From Thermoplasmatota archaeon (lineage in GTDB: Archaea > Thermoplasmatota > Poseidoniia > Poseidoniales > Poseidoniaceae), in assembly GCA_036160735.1 (NCBI GenBank), contig JAYYDR010000051.1, positions 10,830 through 74,829 on the forward strand: a stretch of 64,000 nt of DNA, given 5' to 3'. A program made the position numbers and the translations under genes. Under the pieces are notes generated by a model. That model was given only the letters and a program-made list of their open reading frames with translations, did not search any database and was not told the origin of the DNA. Positions 57,440 to 64,000 of this stretch are shown piece by piece. How positions within the stretch are numbered: position 1 is the first letter of the stretch; each line of letters begins with the position of its first letter.

Positions 57440-58926
57440 CAAGGATACCTCCTGCTAATCGTAGAGAAAGGAGATGGAATTACAGTTCCTCCACCCAAGG
57501 AAGTTACCGTCTTGCCGTGATTAGTTGATTCACAAGCTGCTGCAATCAGTAACCCAGCATCTGAAATTGTGCCTGCTTGGTTAGGAGACCACCCATCAGG
57601 CCACAGTCTGTCGATCATGTCGGTTGTGGTCCAGCCATCAACAACATCGGGATTGGTACAAAGTTCTCTGAGGAATCTGACATTTGTAGTGCAGCCCAAG
57701 ACAACGAACTCGTCCAATGCTCTGCACATTCTTTGGAGTGCTTCTTCTCTTGAAGGTGCCCAAACGATGAGTTTAGCGAGCATAGGATCGTAATCTGGCG
57801 TTACGGCGTCACCTTCCCTAACGCCCGTGTCCAAGCGTACACCTGGACCGGTCGGTGCAATGAATTTCTGCAGTACACCAATCGCTGGAAGAAAATTGTT
57901 TGACGGGTCTTCAGCATACAACCTCACTTCGATGGCGTGACCACGCATGTTGAGTGGACCACAACTCATTGCCTCACCACCAGCTATTCTCAATTGTTCG
58001 CGCACCACATCTACACCTGTAACCATCTCAGTTACAGGGTGCTCTACCTGAATTCTAGTATTCATTTCAAGGAAGAAAAATTCCCCTTTTGGGGTAACTA
58101 GGAACTCTACTGTTCCAGCTCCCTCGTAAGCCACTGCTCTTGCTGCATCGCATGCTGCTTCACCCATTGCTTCACGCAATTCTGCATCCAAGGCAACGCT
58201 GGGTGATTCTTCGAAGACTTTCTGATGTCTCCTCTGGATACTACATTCTCTTTCTCCAAGGTGGATTGTTTTACCATACTTATCCGCAAGGACTTGAATC
58301 TCAATGTGACGGCTGCCAGTTAGTAATCTCTCAACGTATATTCTATCATCACCGAAAGCGTTCAGTGCTTCTCTCATCGCTGCTCTCGCTTCGCTTTCCA
58401 AGTCTTCTTGCTTGTGTACTGCACGCATTCCTTTTCCACCGCCTCCAGCGGTTGCTTTGAGCAAGAGTGGATAACCAACAGATGGTGCGATTTGTAGAAC
58501 TTCTTCGAGACCACCAGTTACTTCTTCACCAGGAATTACAGGCACTCCGGCTTCTTTCATGGTGATACGTGCAGTCATTTTGTCGCCCATTTTGGTAATG
58601 GCTTCAGGAGAGGGGCCAATCCAAATCAACCCTGAATCCATGACTGCTTGTGCAAAATCTGCTCGCTCAGATAAGAATCCGAATCCAGGATGGACTGAGT
58701 CACATCCTGTATCTAATGCGATTCGTAGAATCTGTTCCTGGTTGAGGTAGGTCTCTGCTAGGCCCTCGCCTTCGAGTTGGACTGCTATGTCTGCGAGTTC
58801 TGTAAACAAGGTTCCAGAGTCGTTTTCAGCATAAATCGCAACTCCCTCGACACCGGCCTCACGGCACGACCTCAAAATACGGCATGCAATCTCACCGCGG
58901 TTTGCGACGAGAGTACGTTTTAGCAT
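57439..58926 (-). CDS. Biotin carboxylase subunit of methylcrotonyl-CoA carboxylase (probable)
   Basis: VANRGEIA, HPGFGFLSE and FLEMNTRIQVEH motifs, plus operon context. Confidence 0.88.
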   Translation of the reverse strand: MLKRTLVANRGEIACRILRSCREAGVEGVAIYAENDSGTLFTELADIAVQLEGEGLAETYLNQEQILRIALDTGCDSVHPGFGFLSERADFAQAVMDSGLIWIGPSPEAITKMGDKMTARITMKEAGVPVIPGEEVTGGLEEVLQIAPSVGYPLLLKATAGGGGKGMRAVHKQEDLESEARAAMREALNAFGDDRIYVERLLTGSRHIEIQVLADKYGKTIHLGERECSIQRRHQKVFEESPSVALDAELREAMGEAACDAARAVAYEGAGTVEFLVTPKGEFFFLEMNTRIQVEHPVTEMVTGVDVVREQLRIAGGEAMSCGPLNMRGHAIEVRLYAEDPSNNFLPAIGVLQKFIAPTGPGVRLDTGVREGDAVTPDYDPMLAKLIVWAPSREEALQRMCRALDEFVVLGCTTNVRFLRELCTNPDVVDGWTTTDMIDRLWPDGWSPNQAGTISDAGLLIAAACESTNHGKTVTSLGGGTVIPSPFSTISRRYP

Positions 58927-58930
58927 CGAA

Positions 58931-59767
58931 TCACTCCTCAGATTTCCAGTTAGGGCTTCTCTTTTCTAAAAAAGAAGAGAGACCTTCTTGCCCTTCATCA
59001 CTACCACGCATTCTACTAGTGAAATCAAGAGTCCAGAGGCGCAGAGATTCATCATCGCCTTCCCATCTGTCAAAACCAAGAGTCAATTCCTTAGCCGCTG
59101 TTACCGCACAAGGCCCCGTTGAGAGAACTTCTGATACAACGCTTGATTCATCTAATGAATCATCGATGCAATCGATCATTCCAATCCTCAGTGCTTCGTT
59201 TGTATCCATTCTACCAGCAAGCATTGCGTGCCTGCGGAAGTTCGCACTTCCCATTCTTCGGTAAACGTAGGGCCCGATTACTGCAGGCAGAATTCCTAAC
59301 TTGCCTTCCGATAGGGCGATTTTGACTCTGGAGTCACAAATTACGTGGTCTAAGCACGCAATCAAACCAGCACCGCCTCCAAGTGCTACACCCTGTATCT
59401 TTCCGATTGTAAAACAGGGGTGTGCCCACAAGCCATTGAATAGAGAATCCAATCTTTCAGAATCTCGGCGGTTTTCTTCAGGTGTATTTGCACCTGCATC
59501 TCGCATCATGTTGATATCGGCGCCAGCACAGAAGTGCTTACCTTCACCAGATAGAATTAGGACCCTAAGATAAGGAGTGCCATCATCAGAAACTAGTTTC
59601 CCATTGACACCTACTGAATTCTTAGCCGTCCAAGAAAATACCTCGATTAATTCAGTAATCATTTGTACGTTCAAAGCATTGTATTTCTCAGACCTTGCAA
59701 GGGTTACTCTTGCTATACAATCGTCAATTTCGACCTTTACTAGTGAGGTTTTTGGCATATCCTTCAT
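58931..59767 (-). CDS. liuC: Methylglutaconyl-CoA hydratase-like crotonase
   Basis: FCAGADI, GGGAGL, LSEGKLGILPAVIGPYV and EGQEG motifs. It lies between the carboxylase subunits. Confidence 0.8.
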   Translation of the reverse strand: MKDMPKTSLVKVEIDDCIARVTLARSEKYNALNVQMITELIEVFSWTAKNSVGVNGKLVSDDGTPYLRVLILSGEGKHFCAGADINMMRDAGANTPEENRRDSERLDSLFNGLWAHPCFTIGKIQGVALGGGAGLIACLDHVICDSRVKIALSEGKLGILPAVIGPYVYRRMGSANFRRHAMLAGRMDTNEALRIGMIDCIDDSLDESSVVSEVLSTGPCAVTAAKELTLGFDRWEGDDESLRLWTLDFTSRMRGSDEGQEGLSSFLEKRSPNWKSEE

Positions 59768-59802
59768 GTGAAACTCTCCAATTGCAAATTTTAATTTCCC
59801 AA

Positions 59803-61413
59803 TTACATTCTAAATACGCCAAATCGGTCATCAGGCAGCTTTGCATTCTGACTTGCGGCTATGCAAAGTCCGAGCACATCTCGAGTATCTCTCGGGTCGA
59901 TTATTCCGTCATCCCAGAGTCTTGCGGTTGAATAATATGGACTTCCCTCAGTCTCATATTTTTCTAGAATTGGAGCTCTAAACGCCTCTAATTCTTCACC
60001 CTCCATGGGCTGTTGACCTTCTCTCGCCCTTTGGTCTTGTTTGACCGTTGTCAGTACATCTGCCGCTTGAGGACCGCCCATGACAGAAATTCTACTGTTT
60101 GGCCACATGAACAAGAAGCGTGGGTCGTATGCTCTTCCGCACATTCCGTAATTTCCTGCACCGTGTGAACCACCGACGATTACTGTGAATTTTGGTACGT
60201 TAACACAAGATACTGCAGTTACGAGTTTTGCGCCGTCTTTTGCGATGCCACCAGCCTCGTAGGCCTTTCCGACCATGAATCCTGTAATATTCTGTAGGAA
60301 AATAAGTGGTATTCCTCTTTGGCCACACAATTCAACGAAGTGAGCGCCTTTTAGAGATGATTCAGAGAATAGAATACCATTGTTGGCAACTATTCCAACT
60401 TTGTAGCCGTGAATGTGTGCGAATCCGCAAATCAGAGTTTGACCGTATCTCGATTTGAATTCGTGAAATCTGCTACCGTCAACGATCCTTGCTATGATTT
60501 CCTTGACGTCTACTGGAGTTCTGTTATCTGAAGGGATTAGACCCAGTAATTCATCCGGGTCATAGAATGGTTCCTCTGCATCTTTTCTATCGAATGGAGC
60601 CAAATCCCTTGAGCCGAGGTTTTCGACTACATTGCGAACCATTCGCAGCGCTTCGTTTTCATCTTCGGCGAAATGATCAGCCACACCGCTTTGTGAAGTG
60701 TGGACATCCGCGCCACCTAACTCCTCTGCAGTTACCTCTTCCCCGGTTGCTGCTTTGACTAGTGGTGGCCCGGCTAAGAAAATCGTACCATTGCCTTTGA
60801 CGATGATTGATTCATCACTCATTGCGGGAACATATGCCCCACCAGCGGTACAACTTCCGAGTACCGCTGCTACCTGTGGTATGCCGTCACCGGACATTTT
60901 TGCTTGATTTCTGAAGATTCTACCAAAGTGCCCAATATCTGGGAAAACTTCGTCTTGCATTGGGAGGAATGCCCCTCCCGAGTCTACCAAGTAAATGCAA
61001 GGAAGATTGTTTTCATGAGCGACGGTTTGAGCACGTATGTGTTTCTTTACTGTCATTGGATAGTAGGAGCCTCCTTTGACCGTTGCATCATTTGCTACGA
61101 ATAGGCACTCTCTGCCGTGTACTAAGCCGACACCGGTAACGATTCCGGCGCTATTTGCCCTACCATCATACAATTCGAATGCTGCGAGTGGAGATAATTC
61201 TAGGAATGCTGTACCTGGGTCGATGATTTTCTGAATCCTCTCACGGGCCAGCATTTTTCCTCTACTGCGGTGTCTTTCAACATATTTGCCACCGCCGCCT
61301 TCGCTCACTGCATCAAGTCTTGAGCGAAGTGTTTCTATCAACTCTAGATTGTGAGTGCGGCGGTTTTGGTAGTCTGGGTCAACACGATTTACACGAGTTG
61401 GTAACCTATCCAT
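59803..61413 (-). CDS. liuB: 3-methylcrotonyl-CoA carboxylase carboxyltransferase (beta) subunit
   Basis: [48 protein letters not shown] and terminal FGVFRM motifs. Confidence 0.9.
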   Translation of the reverse strand: MDRLPTRVNRVDPDYQNRRTHNLELIETLRSRLDAVSEGGGGKYVERHRSRGKMLARERIQKIIDPGTAFLELSPLAAFELYDGRANSAGIVTGVGLVHGRECLFVANDATVKGGSYYPMTVKKHIRAQTVAHENNLPCIYLVDSGGAFLPMQDEVFPDIGHFGRIFRNQAKMSGDGIPQVAAVLGSCTAGGAYVPAMSDESIIVKGNGTIFLAGPPLVKAATGEEVTAEELGGADVHTSQSGVADHFAEDENEALRMVRNVVENLGSRDLAPFDRKDAEEPFYDPDELLGLIPSDNRTPVDVKEIIARIVDGSRFHEFKSRYGQTLICGFAHIHGYKVGIVANNGILFSESSLKGAHFVELCGQRGIPLIFLQNITGFMVGKAYEAGGIAKDGAKLVTAVSCVNVPKFTVIVGGSHGAGNYGMCGRAYDPRFLFMWPNSRISVMGGPQAADVLTTVKQDQRAREGQQPMEGEELEAFRAPILEKYETEGSPYYSTARLWDDGIIDPRDTRDVLGLCIAASQNAKLPDDRFGVFRM

Positions 61414-61461
61414 GTCTTCCCCTCAAATCACCGAGCAGCGATTTAGACTTGAATCAACCGC

Positions 61462-62739
61462 TTAGACACCGAGAATTAACCGACCGATACCACGCAGTCC
61501 CGGAGCCATTCCAACAATCATTACAGCTAGTACAATTAGGACTCGAAGATGCTGTTGTCTAGATTCGATTCTTAATTCAGAGAACATCCACACAATTAAT
61601 CCAGCAAGTGTCGCTTTGACCAAGAAAAAGAGCCATGCCCCTTCAGCAAGAATGTCCAAATCGTTTCCGAACTGGATGACTGCATCGGAAAGAGGATGTT
61701 TCTCTGAAAATCCAAAGTAGTCAATTCCAATCATTGTTGCAAGACCGTCGCAGAGTTGTCCAAACAACATTCCTGCCACCATCGGAGTTGCGAGAATTCC
61801 ACGAGGAGATAGCATCTCCACAGGGTGAGTAGAACGGTCTTCACTCTCCCACTCATCCAATGTCATACCATCGGGAATCACTCCTACTTCGTTTCCTGTC
61901 AAGCGTAATTGCATCAGGTCTTCTTCCCCTTTACGCCAAACAGCCCATGTGATAATTGCAGGCAAAACCACTGCGACGAGAACAGGCCAAAGTATAGCGT
62001 GGTCTTTGGGTAGCACATCGTTGTCATTGACCCATGGCGTAGACACTAATTGTGCCCAGTGGCCTAGCCCCATTGTGATCAATCCAATCGCAAATGCAAG
62101 CATGGAACGAGGAATTTCATGCCAATTCCATGTGTTGTGAATTACTACTGCAATCATTACTGCACCTGCAATAGACCCTCCTAAGATCCATGCATGACCT
62201 GTCTCGTGTGTGTGTACGCTTGGAAGTACAAGCAATCCTGTGAAGGCGATATAAGCCACGAGTAGCATCGTAAGCATAGAAAGGTGATTCTTCCTTCCAA
62301 TATGCCCGATTACTGCTGAAAGAATCAACCAAGCAGCAAGATGGATGTGGATGAGAGGAGAGATGAATAAAACATCGACTCCTTCTTTGAAGTAATCAGC
62401 GTCTTCCATAACTCTCAACACAGGAGCCAATGCAACCCATGCAATCAGTGCCCACACCATCTTGTCATCTACAGGAAGTTGCCACTTCCGGAATAGCGCT
62501 TGAAATGCGATTACTGCAGCAATCATCGTAGCGATGTAAACCGCTGTATTTACAGCAGTATATCCTGCATCACCAGATTTCCCAGCATCTTTAACGATCG
62601 GGTCCCAAATATACACCTTTACGAAATCATCCCAGAATATCTCCGGTGCGAAAACCAACCCACCAATTACAACTAAGAAAATTAATCCGATAACGGATAG
62701 TAGAATTCTCTCAGTGCTGGAGAATTCTGTGTCTTCCAT
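61462..62739 (-). CDS. DUF63-like archaeal membrane protein
   Basis: GYTAVNT, LRVMEDA, DGLAT...EKHPLS and GMAPGLR motifs. Start set at MEDTEF. Confidence 0.7.
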   Translation of the reverse strand: MEDTEFSSTERILLSVIGLIFLVVIGGLVFAPEIFWDDFVKVYIWDPIVKDAGKSGDAGYTAVNTAVYIATMIAAVIAFQALFRKWQLPVDDKMVWALIAWVALAPVLRVMEDADYFKEGVDVLFISPLIHIHLAAWLILSAVIGHIGRKNHLSMLTMLLVAYIAFTGLLVLPSVHTHETGHAWILGGSIAGAVMIAVVIHNTWNWHEIPRSMLAFAIGLITMGLGHWAQLVSTPWVNDNDVLPKDHAILWPVLVAVVLPAIITWAVWRKGEEDLMQLRLTGNEVGVIPDGMTLDEWESEDRSTHPVEMLSPRGILATPMVAGMLFGQLCDGLATMIGIDYFGFSEKHPLSDAVIQFGNDLDILAEGAWLFFLVKATLAGLIVWMFSELRIESRQQHLRVLIVLAVMIVGMAPGLRGIGRLILGV

Positions 62740-62783
62740 GTCAATACCACGCCGATTAAGGTGATGAGTATTGCGTGCAATAA

Positions 62784-63560
62784 TCACTCTTCTTCGCTGC
62801 CTGCGTCGCATTCCTTAACTTCGCAGGATGGGTCTTCACAGCTCGGGTTTTCACAAGAGCCCTCTGAAGATTCCTCTGCAGCGACACGAGGCTCGTGTAC
62901 TTCAACGAATGAGACCTTGCCTGCCTCGACTGCGTCACGAAGAACTGTAACTAAGCGGAATTTCTGCATTGCAGCGTTAGGGTCGAATAGCATTGTTTGA
63001 GGGACGATGATTGAAATGTCATCTCCGTCGAAAGATACCTCAAAGCCTTCTTGACCTGTGTTTGCTTCTAGGAGAGCTGCAACCTTCTCTTCCTTTCCTT
63101 CTACGACCTTTACAATCTTGTAGTCATACTTCAGAGTGCGACCAGCCATTGGGTGGTTGTAATCGATTCTTGCGCGACCTGCTGCTAGGTAGGAAAGAGT
63201 TCCTTGACGACCCTCGATTGAAACTGGGCCTCCGATGTAAAGTGACTTAGGGTCACGGACGTGTCTTAGCAACTTGTCGACTGAAATTGTCTCGATTTGG
63301 TCTGGGTCCTTCTCGCCGTAGGCATCAGCAGGTGCGATCTCTAGTGAGACATCCTTGTCTGCTTCAGCCTCAAGAAGGCTGTCTTCAAATCCGGAGATTA
63401 GGTTTCCAGCACCGACTACGCAGACAAGAGGAGTGTATGTTCTACCCTCCTGGTGCATGTCATGCTCCTTTGCGACTTCTTCTCTTGTGGTCTCAATCAA
63501 ATCGCCGGAGTCTGCGTTATACAGGTCATAATCGACGTGGACAATGGTTCCTTCTTCCAT
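62784..63560 (-). CDS. slyD: Long-type FKBP peptidyl-prolyl isomerase (SlyD-like)
   Basis: IETT, LISGFE, PADAYG and IDYNHPMAG motifs, with a GGTGA RBS. Confidence 0.9.
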   Translation of the reverse strand: MEEGTIVHVDYDLYNADSGDLIETTREEVAKEHDMHQEGRTYTPLVCVVGAGNLISGFEDSLLEAEADKDVSLEIAPADAYGEKDPDQIETISVDKLLRHVRDPKSLYIGGPVSIEGRQGTLSYLAAGRARIDYNHPMAGRTLKYDYKIVKVVEGKEEKVAALLEANTGQEGFEVSFDGDDISIIVPQTMLFDPNAAMQKFRLVTVLRDAVEAGKVSFVEVHEPRVAAEESSEGSCENPSCEDPSCEVKECDAGSEEE

Positions 63561-63615
63561 GGTATTTCACCTAACGCCCCCTACGGGGGCATTTCGGCGA
63601 CCAACCATCCCTATT

Positions 63616-64000
63616 TCAATGAGTTGGGTCTCTCCGGGGTACCCACATGGCAAGACTTGCTAGCAACATCAACACCCATCCACCCCATACCAAGTGGATT
63701 CCAGGCAAATCATACACCATGATTCTAACAAGGTCACTGCCCTCCATTAAAGAGCGTGCTTGAGTGCCGTCCATAATCAGAACTAAATCTCCATGCCACA
63801 TACTTATTCTATCGACTTCTGACCTAGAACGAGTATCAAATCTTAACACACCAGGTTCAACGGTTTCAATCAGTTCTCCGTCTTTGTATACGTTGATTAC
63901 AGCGCCAAGATATCCGTCCCCGACTTCAAGGTCTTCGGTTTGCGTAACAACTTCCGTGAATTCGAATTCATAGCCTTCCCATTCAACCTTCTCGTCTTTG
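63616..64000 (-). CDS. Partial: C-terminus of a CcmF/NrfE-like cytochrome c biogenesis protein
   Basis: The frame is open to the window end. A soluble beta segment (...SEVDRIS...GDL) is followed by VYDLPGIHLVWGGWVLM, resembling the CcmF terminal helix. Confidence 0.55.
   Translation of the reverse strand, partial: KDEKVEWEGYEFEFTEVVTQTEDLEVGDGYLGAVINVYKDGELIETVEPGVLRFDTRSRSEVDRISMWHGDLVLIMDGTQARSLMEGSDLVRIMVYDLPGIHLVWGGWVLMLLASLAMWVPRRDPTH

Noticed and set aside
1..64000. CRISPR arrays, tRNA/rRNA genes, transposases, integrases, defence systems
   Set aside because: None recognised by eye. Short tRNAs or sRNAs could have been missed without a covariance search.

Overview
Gene-dense archaeal chromosome segment. 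It is most consistent with Marine Group II Thermoplasmatota (Poseidoniales); this is inferred from an Orc1/Cdc6, Bud32, archaeal CoaD-DUF359, a DUF3860 protein, a PGF-CTERM anchor, GGTGA-type RBSs and giant acidic surface proteins. The window holds a probable replication origin next to cdc6, a type IV pilus locus, a leucine-catabolism carboxylase operon, and cofactor and housekeeping genes. The main candidate system is a dispersed, apparently archaeal version of the aerobic benzoyl-CoA epoxidation (Box) pathway. It comprises a short BoxB-type di-iron epoxidase behind a Bat-type regulator and tandem palindromic operators, a half-length BoxC-like crotonase, an aldehyde dehydrogenase, further crotonases, a 3-hydroxyacyl-CoA dehydrogenase and a flavodoxin-less CysJ-type reductase that could replace BoxA. 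Other oddities are a ~270-nt GC-rich, extensively base-paired intergenic RNA candidate; a 22-aa Cys-closed mini-domain shared by a pilus platform protein and a surface lipoprotein; a cysteine-free Mrp/Nbp35; an uncalled 32-aa zinc-finger microprotein; and a THUMP-less ThiI. No tRNA, rRNA, CRISPR array or mobile element was seen. All family calls come from motif recognition by eye, not from database searches.
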